A stretch of DNA of 64,000 nt from Candidatus Eiseniibacteriota bacterium (lineage in GTDB: Bacteria; Eisenbacteria; RBG-16-71-46). Below the pieces are notes generated by a model, which saw only the letters and a program-made list of their open reading frames with translations, ran no database searches and was not told where the DNA came from. The position numbers and the translations under genes are program-made. The stretch lies in NCBI GenBank assembly GCA_963725865.1, contig CAVSAC010000014.1, positions 1,024,001 to 1,088,000 on the forward strand, read 5' to 3'. Of this stretch, positions 26,102-35,655 are shown in pieces; position 1 is the first letter of the stretch; the number at the start of each line of letters is the position of its first letter.

Positions 26102-28531
26102 ATGCCCCGCTCCGGTCTGACGCCGCTCGCGTTCGCCGCCCTGCTCGGGCTCGCCGCCTCTGCGCTCGCCGCCTCCGCGCACGCCGCCGCCGTGCCGCCG
26201 CCGCCCGCGCTGCTGTTCGGCAACGAGAGCGCCGCGGCCGCCGACGCGGGCGGCTCGCTGCTGTTCAACCCGGCCGCGCTGGGGCTGCGCTATCCGTCCG
26301 AGTTCGCGCTGTCGTACGCCGCGGACGCGGCCGGCGCGCCGACGTGGCGCGCATTCGCGAACGCGCGCACGCTCGGCCTCGCGTACGAGGATCCCGGCCA
26401 TGGAGCGTCGGCGTTCACGCTCGGATCGGCCGCCGGCGGCGAGGTGTTGCGCGCCGGCTGGGCCACCGCGTGGCGCCGCGGCGTGGGCGGCTCGCACGCC
26501 ACCGACCACCGCGCGGGGATGCTGGCGCGACCGGCGCCGTGGCTCTCGCTCGGCGCGGCGGCCGATCACGTGACCGAGCCGCGCTTCGCGGGCGCGCGGC
26601 TGCGGCGCACCTGGGATCTGGCGCTGGGGCTGCGGCCGCTGGCGCTCGACCGCGCGCGGGCGCACACGTGGGGCACCCGCCTCACGCTCACCGGCGACGT
26701 GCGCATGCTCGAGGACGGCGCCGCCGCCGCCGCGCGGGTGCGGATCGGCGTGGAGTTCGAGCCGCTCGCGGGGCTGGTGCTGCGCGGCGCAATCGAGGAC
26801 CACGGCGGCGTGCAGGCAGGCCTCGCGCTGCTCGGACCGCGCACCGGCTACCACGCGCAGGCGGCGTACGACCGCGACCGCCGGCGGCGCGTCACCACCC
26901 ACACGGTCTCGCTGCACGCGGGTGAGGACCTCAGCGCGTTCGGCGCGCGCGCCGAGCGCCGGGTGGCCGTGATCCGTGCCGGGGGCGTCCTCGGCGACGA
27001 ATCGCTCGGCGGGGTCTCGCTGCTGGGGGGCGACTCCCGGACCCCCGCGGCACCGCTCCACCGCGCGCTGGAGCGCGCGCTCGAGGACCCGCTGACGCGC
27101 GGCGTGCTGCTCGATCTGCGCGGCGTCGGCGGGATGGCGCAGCTCGAGGAGCTGCGCCCGCGCGTCGCGCGCCTGCGCGCGGCCGGCAAGCCCGTGGTCG
27201 CGTGGCTCGAATACGGCGGCGGGCGCGGCGACCTCTTCCTGGCGAGCGCGTGCGACCGCATCGTCGCGTCGCCCGAGGGGAGCTTCGCCGGGCTCGGACT
27301 GCGGGTCGAGCGCCGCTACTACCGGCGGCTGCTCGAGCGCTGGGGCATCCGCCTCGATCGCTCGTCGATCGGCGCGTACAAGTCGGCGTACCGCAACTTC
27401 AGCGTCGACTCCACGCCGGCGGCCGATCGCGAGGCCATCGAGCACAACCTCGACCTGATGCAGGAGCTGTTCGTGGCGAGCGTGGCGCGCGACCGGCACC
27501 TGGACCGCGACCGCCTGCGGACGCTGCTGGACGGCCGCGCGTGGCCGCCGCGCGAGGTCGCGAAGGCGGGCCTCATCGATTCCGTCGGCTATCGCGAGGA
27601 CGCGCTCGCGCTGCTCGGCGGGCTGGCCGGACTGGGGCCGCGGCCGCGCACGGTGCGCCTGTCGCGCGCGCCAGCGGCCACCCGCGAGTGGCGGGTGCCG
27701 TCGCCGGTCGCGGTGGTGTATGCCGCCGGCGCGATCGGCGAAGGGCGCAGCGGCAACGACCTGCTGATGGGCCCGTTCATGGGCTCCGAGACGGTCGGCG
27801 CGCAGCTCGAGCGCGCGTTCCGGGACCGCCGCACGAAGGCGGTGGTGTTCCGCGTCGAGAGCCCGGGCGGCTCGGTGCTGGCGTCGGATCTCATCCGCCA
27901 CGCCGCGCGGCGCATGAAGCAGGAGACCCGCAAACCGCTGATCGTCTCGATGGGAGGCGTGGCGGCGAGCGGGGGGTACTGCATCTCGGGACCGGGGGAC
28001 CGGATCTACGCCGACCGCTTCACCGTGACCGGCTCGATCGGCGTGGTGTTCGTGAAGCCCTCGCTCGAGGGCTGGTACGCGCGCCACGACGTGCGGCAGG
28101 ACGCGTTCGAGCGCGGCGACGCGATGGCGGGCTGGTCCCCCGCGCGCGACTGGGACGCGCGCGCGCAGGCGAGCGCGGACTCGGCGATCCACGACGAGTA
28201 CCGCGAGTTCGTGGCGCGCATGGCCGCCGACCGCGGGCTCGCGGTGGCGCACGTGGACTCGGTGGCGCAGGGCCGCGCGTGGTACGGCGAGGACGCGCTC
28301 GCGCGCGGGCTGGTGGACGAGATCGGCGGCCTCGAGCAGGCGATCGCCGAGGCGCGGCGCCGCGCCGGCGTGCCGGCCGGCGAGCGCATCCGCCTGCGCG
28401 AGTACCGCCGCCCGGCGCCCGGCCTGCTGCAGCGCGTGATCGGCGACGTGATGCAGGGCACGCTCGAGCGCTACGCGCACGTGCCCGACTTCGACCAGGC
28501 GTACCTGTGGGAGGACGTCGAACTCCCGTGA
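26102..28531 (+). CDS. sppA: Signal peptide peptidase SppA (S49, tandem domains) with N-terminal beta-barrel-like domain
   Basis: Signal peptide; GAYKSA, RVESPGGS, SMGGVAASGGY, TGSIGV, VAQGRAW, GLVDEIGG; N-terminal region has FNPAALG and amphipathic strands. Confidence 0.85.
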   Translation: MPRSGLTPLAFAALLGLAASALAASAHAAAVPPPPALLFGNESAAAADAGGSLLFNPAALGLRYPSEFALSYAADAAGAPTWRAFANARTLGLAYEDPGHGASAFTLGSAAGGEVLRAGWATAWRRGVGGSHATDHRAGMLARPAPWLSLGAAADHVTEPRFAGARLRRTWDLALGLRPLALDRARAHTWGTRLTLTGDVRMLEDGAAAAARVRIGVEFEPLAGLVLRGAIEDHGGVQAGLALLGPRTGYHAQAAYDRDRRRRVTTHTVSLHAGEDLSAFGARAERRVAVIRAGGVLGDESLGGVSLLGGDSRTPAAPLHRALERALEDPLTRGVLLDLRGVGGMAQLEELRPRVARLRAAGKPVVAWLEYGGGRGDLFLASACDRIVASPEGSFAGLGLRVERRYYRRLLERWGIRLDRSSIGAYKSAYRNFSVDSTPAADREAIEHNLDLMQELFVASVARDRHLDRDRLRTLLDGRAWPPREVAKAGLIDSVGYREDALALLGGLAGLGPRPRTVRLSRAPAATREWRVPSPVAVVYAAGAIGEGRSGNDLLMGPFMGSETVGAQLERAFRDRRTKAVVFRVESPGGSVLASDLIRHAARRMKQETRKPLIVSMGGVAASGGYCISGPGDRIYADRFTVTGSIGVVFVKPSLEGWYARHDVRQDAFERGDAMAGWSPARDWDARAQASADSAIHDEYREFVARMAADRGLAVAHVDSVAQGRAWYGEDALARGLVDEIGGLEQAIAEARRRAGVPAGERIRLREYRRPAPGLLQRVIGDVMQGTLERYAHVPDFDQAYLWEDVELP

Positions 28532-28628
28532 GCGCGGGCGCCGTCGCGGCACTGCTCTTCCGGCGTGGCGATGGACGAAGCGCGCGAGCGTGAGCGGCGC
28601 GCCCCGGCCGCACGCGCGGCGCCGCGCC

Positions 28629-29471
28629 TCAGTCCTGCGCGGACCTCCGCAGGCGATCCCACGCGATGAGGGCGCTCCAGAACAGCGTGTCGGCGTCCGC
28701 GGCGCGACCGGGCGCGAGCGGGCCCACGAAGCACACCGGCGGCACCGCCGAGCCGGCCAGCCACAGCTCGTGGAACGCGCGCGCCTCCGGCGTGCGCGCC
28801 GCCGCCTCGACGGGCCGCAGCAGCATCAGCGGTGGCCCCGGCGCCTCGCGGCAGTCGAGGATCAGGATCATGGGCGGCCCGGGGCTGCCGTGCTTCATGG
28901 ACTTTTCGCGCACCGCGTGGTCGATCCAGAGCCGCACCCGCTCCTGCACCGGCCCGCTCGGGACCGTCGGGAACGCGACGTGCTCGCCGGCGTCGATCCC
29001 GTCGTCGCGCGAGATCACGACCGCCGGCCCCGGCAACCCCGGCACCTCGATGGTGCCTTGATCGCCCGGCGCCAGCCGCCCGATGAGCGCCGAACAGGCG
29101 TCGACGCACGGGCCCTCGAGCTCGCGCACCGCACGCCGCGTCAGGCCTTGCAGCGGCAGCGCGATCCACGACGCGCGATTCGGGTGCAGCGCGCGCAGCC
29201 GCTCGGCGAGCGCAGGGCGCATGAGCTCCATCAGCCGTTGCACCCGCACCTCGTCGCGGGCGTGGAGCACGCGGGTGTGCTCCACGTGCATCTCGATCCC
29301 GCCGCGGTCGATGACGGCGTCGCAGATCGGATTGCCGCGATCCTCGAGGTCCGGCCACCGCGTCACGCGCGCGTCCTCGCCGTGGAATCGCCGCAGCCAG
29401 TCCAGCAGCCCTTCGACCACGCGCTTCATGTGCGGTTCGAGTCGTTGCGAGGCGGGGCGGGTACGCGTCAT
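28629..29471 (-). CDS. Hypothetical protein, possible PD-(D/E)xK-like fold
   Basis: ATG 29471 just after the TPR gene stop; PICDAVI...MHVEHT pattern. Confidence 0.55.
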   Translation of the reverse strand: MTRTRPASQRLEPHMKRVVEGLLDWLRRFHGEDARVTRWPDLEDRGNPICDAVIDRGGIEMHVEHTRVLHARDEVRVQRLMELMRPALAERLRALHPNRASWIALPLQGLTRRAVRELEGPCVDACSALIGRLAPGDQGTIEVPGLPGPAVVISRDDGIDAGEHVAFPTVPSGPVQERVRLWIDHAVREKSMKHGSPGPPMILILDCREAPGPPLMLLRPVEAAARTPEARAFHELWLAGSAVPPVCFVGPLAPGRAADADTLFWSALIAWDRLRRSAQD

Positions 29472-29479
29472 CGGGCCGC

Positions 29480-30220
29480 TCAGTGCGCCAGCCCGCGCTC
29501 GGCGCGCAGGCGCGCCGCCCACGGACTGGTGGAGTCGCTCGCCAGATAGACCGCGGTCGTGCGCGCCGCCTCGTGCGTGCGGTCGACGCGCCACAGCAGC
29601 AGCGAGCGATCGTAGAGCGCCGCCGGATAGCACGCCGCGTCGCGGCGCACGGCGGCCAGCTGCGCGATCGCCATCAGGGTGAGCGCGCGGGCGTCGCGCT
29701 GGTCGCGGGTCGCCTCGGCGCGCAGCGCCAGCGCCACGCCGAGTCCGAGGCGGGCCTCGCTGGTGTGCGCGGCCAGGTCGATGGCGTGGCGATACAGCCG
29801 CTCGGCGTCCGGGTAGTGGCGCTGCGCCAGCGCGAGGTGGCCCTGCAGCGCGGGGATGCGGGAATCCGTCAATGCGCGCCGGCGCGCGCGCTCGAGCAGC
29901 GAGTCGGCCGCGAGCGCCAGCGCCCGCGTCGCGGCGGGTCCCGGAAAGCGCGCGAGCGGGCGGTCGAGCAGCGCGGACTCGAAGCGCAGGTCGCCGGCCG
30001 GCACGCCGAGCCTCCCCGCGACCTGCGCGTGCGCCGCGCGCACGTCGGGATCGTCGGGCAGCCCGACCACCGAGCGCACCGGCGTGATCGCCGACAACAC
30101 CGCGAGCACCGTCAGCAACGCGAGGATGGCGATGAACGCCACCACGGCGGCGCTGCTCCACTTGATGCGGCGCTCGAGCTCGGCAACCGGGGGCGGGACC
30201 GCGGGCGAAGGTGAATTCAT
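29480..30220 (-). CDS. Membrane-anchored tetratricopeptide-like repeat protein
   Basis: N-terminal TM helix; helical repeats GHLALAQRHYPDAERLYRHAI, ARLGLGVALAL, ALYDRSLLL. Confidence 0.7.
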   Translation of the reverse strand: MNSPSPAVPPPVAELERRIKWSSAAVVAFIAILALLTVLAVLSAITPVRSVVGLPDDPDVRAAHAQVAGRLGVPAGDLRFESALLDRPLARFPGPAATRALALAADSLLERARRRALTDSRIPALQGHLALAQRHYPDAERLYRHAIDLAAHTSEARLGLGVALALRAEATRDQRDARALTLMAIAQLAAVRRDAACYPAALYDRSLLLWRVDRTHEAARTTAVYLASDSTSPWAARLRAERGLAH

Positions 30221-30399
30221 GGCGAGCACGCAGCGTAGCCGCGCGCCGGCGGTGCTCGCAACGGCGGCGGCGCGTGCGACGGCGCGCGAAGCGTGCCCGG
30301 GCCACCGTTTCCAGCGCCACACCGGGGGTCGGAAACAGGGTCGAGCGGGGTGCCGATCCGGCCGATAACCCGAGCGTCGCCGGGTCGGCCCGCGATGCG

Positions 30400-30428
30400 T
30401 TGCTGGGCCCATCGGGGACTGTTATGTT
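30400..30428 (+). promoter_or_regulatory. Candidate sigma70 promoter of the Mre11/Rad50-like operon
   Basis: TTGCTG-N17-TATGTT with TG extension. Confidence 0.55.
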
Positions 30429-30502
30429 GCGGCAGCGCACCGATCTCGCGGCGCGCCGCGATGCTCGCACGTCGATCGACCCTCGGGAGCGGACCATCCG
30501 CC

Positions 30503-31741
30503 ATGGCCGTCGCGCGATTCCTCCAGGTCTCCGACCTCCACCTCGGCCGGCCGTTCGGTTGGCTGCCGCCCGATCGTCGCCCCGAGCGGCGCAGCGACCA
30601 GCGCCGCACGCTCGAGCGGCTGGCGCGCGAGGCGATCGAGCGGGGCGCGCACGCGATCCTGATGCCCGGCGACGTGTTCGACCAGGAGGGCGTGGACGCG
30701 GAGATGCTGGCGTTCGCGCTGCACGTCTTCGACCTCGCGGGCTGCCCGCCGGTGTTCATCGCCCCCGGCAACCACGATCCCTATTCGCCGACCAGCTCGA
30801 CCTGGAGCCAGCGCCTGCTGGAGGCGCGCGGCACCGCGTGGCCCTCGCACGTACATGTCTTCACGAGTCCCGAGTGGACCTCGAAGCCGCTCGAGAGCGT
30901 GCCGGGCGCTCGCGTCTGGGGCCGCTGCTTCACGTCCAACGTGGAGTCCACCGAGCGGCCGCTGGCCGCCGCAGCCGTGAAGGCGATCGGCAGCCCCGAC
31001 CAGTCGGGCTTCGACATCGCGCTGTTCCACGGCTCTCGCGAGGGCGTCTGCCCGCCAGGGCAGAAGGTCACCGCGCCGTTCTCGGACGCCGAGGCGCTCG
31101 CCGCGCCGTTCGCGTACATGGCGGTCGGGCACTACCACGTCCCGTCGCACCTCGACGCGAAGGACGGCGTCAGTGCCGCCGCGGGCACCCGGCTCGCGTA
31201 CGCCGGCTCGGCCACCGGGCTCGACCTGACCGAGGTGGGCTCGCACGGCGCGCTCGAGGTGCGGGTCGAGTACGGCTTCCGCAAGCCGTTCGTCGAGATC
31301 GAGCCGGTCGAGCTGGACCGCCGCCGCGTGCACCACCTGACGGCCGACGTGAGCGGCTGCTCGAGCGCCGAGCAGGTGGATCGCAAGGTGCTCAAGGCGC
31401 TCGACGACGCCAGCGCCTCCGAGATGGACATCGCGCTCGTGAAGCTGACGGGCCGGCTCGTGAACGGGGTGCGCTACGCGGGGCCCGGCCAGGACCTGCG
31501 GCTGCGCACGTTCTTCGTGCGCACCGATCTGCGCGGGCTGCGCCCGGACCATGACCTCGAGGCCTACCGGACCAGCGCCGGCCACACCACCGAGGAACGC
31601 TTCGCGCGCGCGCTGCTCGAGCGCCTCGACGCCGCGAAGGACGACGCCGAGCGCGCCACCATCGAGCGCGCTCTCTACTACGGGCTCGACGCGTTCAAGC
31701 TGCGCGAAGTGGTCCCCGCCTACGAGGAGCTCGAGCGATGA
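30503..31741 (+). CDS. SbcD/Mre11/YhaO-type metallophosphoesterase (DNA repair exonuclease)
   Basis: SDLHLG, PGDVFD, PGNHD, LFHG, GHYH, YAGS. Confidence 0.9.
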   Translation: MAVARFLQVSDLHLGRPFGWLPPDRRPERRSDQRRTLERLAREAIERGAHAILMPGDVFDQEGVDAEMLAFALHVFDLAGCPPVFIAPGNHDPYSPTSSTWSQRLLEARGTAWPSHVHVFTSPEWTSKPLESVPGARVWGRCFTSNVESTERPLAAAAVKAIGSPDQSGFDIALFHGSREGVCPPGQKVTAPFSDAEALAAPFAYMAVGHYHVPSHLDAKDGVSAAAGTRLAYAGSATGLDLTEVGSHGALEVRVEYGFRKPFVEIEPVELDRRRVHHLTADVSGCSSAEQVDRKVLKALDDASASEMDIALVKLTGRLVNGVRYAGPGQDLRLRTFFVRTDLRGLRPDHDLEAYRTSAGHTTEERFARALLERLDAAKDDAERATIERALYYGLDAFKLREVVPAYEELER

Positions 31742-34644
31742 AGCTCCTGCGCCTGAAGAGCGAGGGCTTCGGCCCGCTGAAGGGGGAGTGGTCGTTCGAC
31801 CCCGAGCGCGTCAACCTGATCGTGGACGACAACGAGCGCGGCAAGTCCAGCCTGCTCGCGGCGATCGCCGCCGGGCTCTACGGGCTCGAGGCCGACAAGC
31901 GCTCGCACCGCGTGGTCACCCCGCTGGAGCGCTGGCGCCCGTGGGGCGGCGGCCCGTATCGGATCGAGCTGGAGGCCGAGCACGACGGCGAGCGCTACAC
32001 GATCCAGCGCGACTTCGAGCGCGGCACCGTCGAGGTGTGGAACGCGCGCGGCCAGGAGGTCACCGCCGAGTTTCGTCAGGGCAAGGACGAGTACCCGGTG
32101 GGCCGCAAGTGGACGGGGCTCGACGCCGCCGAGTTCGAGAAGTGCGCGCTGGTGCGCCAGGGCGAGCTGGACGAGGTGGTGCCCGCCGACGAGAAGGCGC
32201 GCCGCGCCTCGACGCTGCACGCGCGGCTCGAGAACGCCGCCGACACCAAGATCGGCGACACCAACGCCACCGAGGCGCTGCAGGTGCTCGAAGGGGCGCT
32301 GAAGAAGCACACCTGCGCAGAGCTGGAGTTCACCGGCACCGTCGACAACGCGATCCAGCGGCTGGAGCTCAAGCTCGGCACGCTCGACACCGAGCTCAAG
32401 ACGCTCGATCACGACCTCGAGCGCATGAACGGCCCGCTCGAGGAGCTGGCGCGCCGCGGCGAGGAGGAGCGCGGCGTGCGCGAGCAGCTCGACCGCCTCG
32501 ACTTCGAGCGGCGCGACACGTTCGCGGCGGAGCTGCGCCGCCAGCTCGCCGAGGACGACCAGCGTCGCGCGGGCCTCGAAGCGCTGCGCGCGGAGGCGAA
32601 GGCGCTCGAGAACGCGGTCCAGCTCCCGGAGAACGCGGAGTCGGAGCTGCGCGAGACCATCGCGCGACTGGAGGAGGCGCAGCACAACCTCGAGGCGCTC
32701 GAGGCGCGCCGGCGCGAGGAGCAGGCGCGCGAGCGCACCGCGCTGGAGAGCGAGCAGCAGGGGCTCGCGGCCTACGCCCAGAGCACGCCCGAGGACGCCG
32801 ACCGCGCGGTGGCGCTGGCGGCCGAAGTGCGCCGGATCGCGGACGAGGACTCGCGGCTGCGCAGCGAGGTGTTCACCCTGCGCGACATGCTGGCGAGCCG
32901 CGGCTACGAGCCCGAGCGGATCCAGTTCCTGACCGCGCGCTTCGACAACCTGGTGGACGACCAGCAGCGGCTGCTGCGCGGGCAGTCCGAGCTGGCGCTG
33001 GCGTTCCAGACCGAGGTGGCCACGCTCGAGCAGGCGCGCACCGAGAGCACCGAGACGCTGCGCGCGATCGACGGCCAGCGCCACCGGGGGCGCGTCCCCG
33101 GCTGGGTGCTGCTGGCCCTCGCCGGCGGCGTGCTGATCGGCGGCGGGGTGATGTTCGCGCTCCACGGCCCGCGCGTGCTGGCGCTCGGCCTGATCGGCGG
33201 CGGCGTGGTGCTGGCCGCGATCGGCGGCCTGCTGCTCGCCACCGGGGGCAACGCGCGGGTGGACGACCGCGAGACGGCGCTCAAGCGCCTCAGCGACGCC
33301 CAGCGGCGGCTGAACCAGCTGCGGGCCCAGCGCACCGAGGCCGAGATCGCGCTCGGCGAGCTGTCGCGTGGCATGGGCTACCGCGACCCGGTCGAGCTGA
33401 TGCGCGAGTGGAACGAGTTCGCGCGCCTGATGGACGAGAGCGGCCCGGTGCTGCGGTCCGAGCAGCAGATCCGCGCGCTCGAGACCCAGAAGCGCCAGGC
33501 GTTCGACGAGGTGCGCATGCTGCTCGAGCGCGTGGGTGGCGGCGCGCCGGAGCCGGCGACGCTGGAACGCGTGGCGGCCGGCATCCGCCACCTGGCTGCC
33601 GTGCGCCAGCGGCTCAGCGACATGGAGCGCTCGTACTCGTGGATCGACGAGGAGCGGCGGGTGGCCGAGGCGGCGGCGACCGGGCTCAAGGAGCGCGCGA
33701 TCCGCGTGCTGCAGTCGGCGGGGCTCACCTACGACCCGGAGCGCCCGTGGGCGGAGCACGTGGTCGAGCTGTCCGACCGCCTCAAGGGCAAGGTCCGGCA
33801 CACCCTGCTGATCCGCGAGCTGATCCCGCAGGCCGAGCGCGGGCTGCGCGCGTCGCACGAGACGCAGGCGGTGCGCGAGCAGCTCGCCAAGATCGAGGCC
33901 GAGGGTCCGGCGCCACCGGCGGCGACGGCCGGCGCCCCGGGCACCGCGCCGCGCAGCGCGTTCGAGATCGACAACGAGGCGCGGCTCATGCGCGACAAGC
34001 TCGAGTCGGTCCAGAACTGGCGCACGGACCTGCGCGTGGCGGTCGAGGAGCAGTGGCGGAAGTACCACGCCGAGCACCCCGAGAAGCTCGCGCAGCGCGA
34101 GCGCGTGGTGGCGGCGCTCGAGCACGCGCGCCGCTTCAAGCAGGCGCTCGAGCTGGCGCGCGAGACCATCCAGAAGGTGGCGGTGGACACGCACCGGCGC
34201 TGGGCGGAGCACCTGAACCACCGCGTGGGCGAGCTGCTCCAGCAGGTCGGCGCGCGCATCGACGAGGTGCGCTTCGGCGAGGACCTGGACTTCTCGGTGA
34301 AACCGGCGAACGGCAGCCAGATGGCGCGGGGCAAGGCGGTGGTGGCGCTCTCCGCGGGCGCGCGCGACCAGCTCCACCTGGCGGTGCGGCTGGCGGTGAG
34401 CGAGTACCTCTCGCGCGGGCAGGCCGGGCTGCCGATGCTGCTCGACGACGCGTTCGCGACCAGCGACGACGAGCGCGCGCGGCTCGGGATGCGCCTGCTG
34501 ATCGAGCATTTCGGCAAGCAGCACCAGATCCTGTTCGCGACCTGCCATCGCCAGCGGATCGAGAGCTTCGCCGCGCGCGACGCGGAGCTGTGGCGCGCGG
34601 GCGTGCATCGCATCGAGCTGCAGAGCGCGAGCGTGGCCGGCTAG
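31738..34644 (+). CDS. SbcC/Rad50/YhaN-type SMC-like ATPase with internal transmembrane hairpin
   Basis: ATGA coupling; Walker A NERGKS, Q-loop VRQGE, long coiled coil, signature LSAG, Walker B LLDDAF, H-loop TCH; two hydrophobic helices mid-protein. Confidence 0.9.
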   Translation: MKLLRLKSEGFGPLKGEWSFDPERVNLIVDDNERGKSSLLAAIAAGLYGLEADKRSHRVVTPLERWRPWGGGPYRIELEAEHDGERYTIQRDFERGTVEVWNARGQEVTAEFRQGKDEYPVGRKWTGLDAAEFEKCALVRQGELDEVVPADEKARRASTLHARLENAADTKIGDTNATEALQVLEGALKKHTCAELEFTGTVDNAIQRLELKLGTLDTELKTLDHDLERMNGPLEELARRGEEERGVREQLDRLDFERRDTFAAELRRQLAEDDQRRAGLEALRAEAKALENAVQLPENAESELRETIARLEEAQHNLEALEARRREEQARERTALESEQQGLAAYAQSTPEDADRAVALAAEVRRIADEDSRLRSEVFTLRDMLASRGYEPERIQFLTARFDNLVDDQQRLLRGQSELALAFQTEVATLEQARTESTETLRAIDGQRHRGRVPGWVLLALAGGVLIGGGVMFALHGPRVLALGLIGGGVVLAAIGGLLLATGGNARVDDRETALKRLSDAQRRLNQLRAQRTEAEIALGELSRGMGYRDPVELMREWNEFARLMDESGPVLRSEQQIRALETQKRQAFDEVRMLLERVGGGAPEPATLERVAAGIRHLAAVRQRLSDMERSYSWIDEERRVAEAAATGLKERAIRVLQSAGLTYDPERPWAEHVVELSDRLKGKVRHTLLIRELIPQAERGLRASHETQAVREQLAKIEAEGPAPPAATAGAPGTAPRSAFEIDNEARLMRDKLESVQNWRTDLRVAVEEQWRKYHAEHPEKLAQRERVVAALEHARRFKQALELARETIQKVAVDTHRRWAEHLNHRVGELLQQVGARIDEVRFGEDLDFSVKPANGSQMARGKAVVALSAGARDQLHLAVRLAVSEYLSRGQAGLPMLLDDAFATSDDERARLGMRLLIEHFGKQHQILFATCHRQRIESFAARDAELWRAGVHRIELQSASVAG

Positions 34645-34668
34645 CGCGCGCCGCGACCCGCGAACGCG

Positions 34669-34698
34669 AGCCCCCGGAGGGACCACCCTCCGGGGGCT
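34669..34698. terminator. Perfect 13-bp hairpin between convergent genes
   Basis: AGCCCCCGGAGGG-acca-CCCTCCGGGGGCT followed by TCGTG. Confidence 0.7.
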
Positions 34699-34758
34699 TC
34701 GTGCGTCGGGGCGGCGCCGGCGCCGTGCGGGCGGGACGCGGCGGCGCGGCGCGCGGCG

Positions 34759-34950
34759 TCAGCGCGGCATCTGGCTCCGCGCCAGCGCGGCGTAGCGCCG
34801 CGCGAGCCGCTCGCGCAGGAGATGCTCGGCGGCGCGCTGGAGCTGGACGATGCGCGCCACGCGCCAGGTGAAGAACCCGATCGTGCCCACGTACGCCAGC
34901 AGGAAGACCCACGCCGCATCGATGTCCCATCCCGGATCGAAGAAGAACAT
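34759..34950 (-). CDS. Small single-pass membrane protein (63 aa)
   Basis: GGAGGGG before ATG 34950; one TM helix followed by a basic amphipathic tail. Confidence 0.65.
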   Translation of the reverse strand: MFFFDPGWDIDAAWVFLLAYVGTIGFFTWRVARIVQLQRAAEHLLRERLARRYAALARSQMPR

Positions 34951-35017
34951 GCGCCCCTCCACGCGACTGCGCGTGGCCGCGCGGGCGACCCGCCCGCGCG
35001 GCCACGGTCCAATGGGG

Positions 35018-35497
35018 TCAGAGAGTCCGCGACGGGTTATGCGGCGGCCGGTCGTCCTCCGGCGCGCTGCCGCGCACGATGAACGAGCTGAGCAGCAGCG
35101 CCACGCCCACCAGGCCGGGGATGAGGCCGACCGCCCAGACGCCCTGGCCGTCGTTCCCGGTCGGGAGGACGTACAGCATGATCCCCAGCCCGATGCCGAC
35201 CGCGAGCGTCACCAGCCCGCCGATCAGCAGTCCCTGGGCCCGGCGCAGCGCCGCCTGGCGCGGCGACATGTACATGGCCGCGAGATCGTCGTTGTCGGTG
35301 TGGATCGGCAGCGGCGGCAGCTTGCTGGGGTCGATCCCCTTCTCGATCGCGGCGATGCGCTCGCGCTGCGCCAGCTCGATGAGCCGCTGCTGTCCGAGCG
35401 TGCGCACGATGCCGGCCGTGATGCCGCCCACGATGGCGACGATCGGGATCGCGAAGATCATGATGGGGACGAAGTCCCCGCCGTCGAAGCTGAACAT
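35018..35497 (-). CDS. DUF6249-like membrane protein
   Basis: AAGGAG RBS; TM helix, ERIAAIEKGIDP, two C-terminal TM helices with GLIPGLVG; divergent from ECF sigma factor. Confidence 0.8.
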   Translation of the reverse strand: MFSFDGGDFVPIMIFAIPIVAIVGGITAGIVRTLGQQRLIELAQRERIAAIEKGIDPSKLPPLPIHTDNDDLAAMYMSPRQAALRRAQGLLIGGLVTLAVGIGLGIMLYVLPTGNDGQGVWAVGLIPGLVGVALLLSSFIVRGSAPEDDRPPHNPSRTL

Positions 35498-35568
35498 GGT
35501 GTGCTCCTTTCCCGCGTCACCGGCCTCTCCGCCGGCCCATCCGGCGCATCCGTTCCGGTCTGCAGCCC

Positions 35569-35599
35569 TTCGACCGGGGGGGTGGGGCGCCGGGTTTCA
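35569..35599 (-). promoter_or_regulatory. Candidate ECF-type promoter for the DUF6249 gene
   Basis: TGAAAC, a C-rich spacer, then CGGTCGAA on the minus strand, next to the ECF sigma gene. Confidence 0.4.
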
Positions 35600-35655
35600 G
35601 GAAATCGTGGGCGGCCGGGGGCCGCGGCCCTACAGTCTCCCGCACCGGAGAGCCG

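Noticed and set aside
25034..28531. 1165-aa ORF as a true protein overlapping nth
   Set aside because: The segment over nth is an off-frame read; SppA has its own signal peptide starting at 26102.
34759..34950. CcmD assignment for the small membrane protein
   Set aside because: Only size and topology fit; there are no ccm genes nearby.
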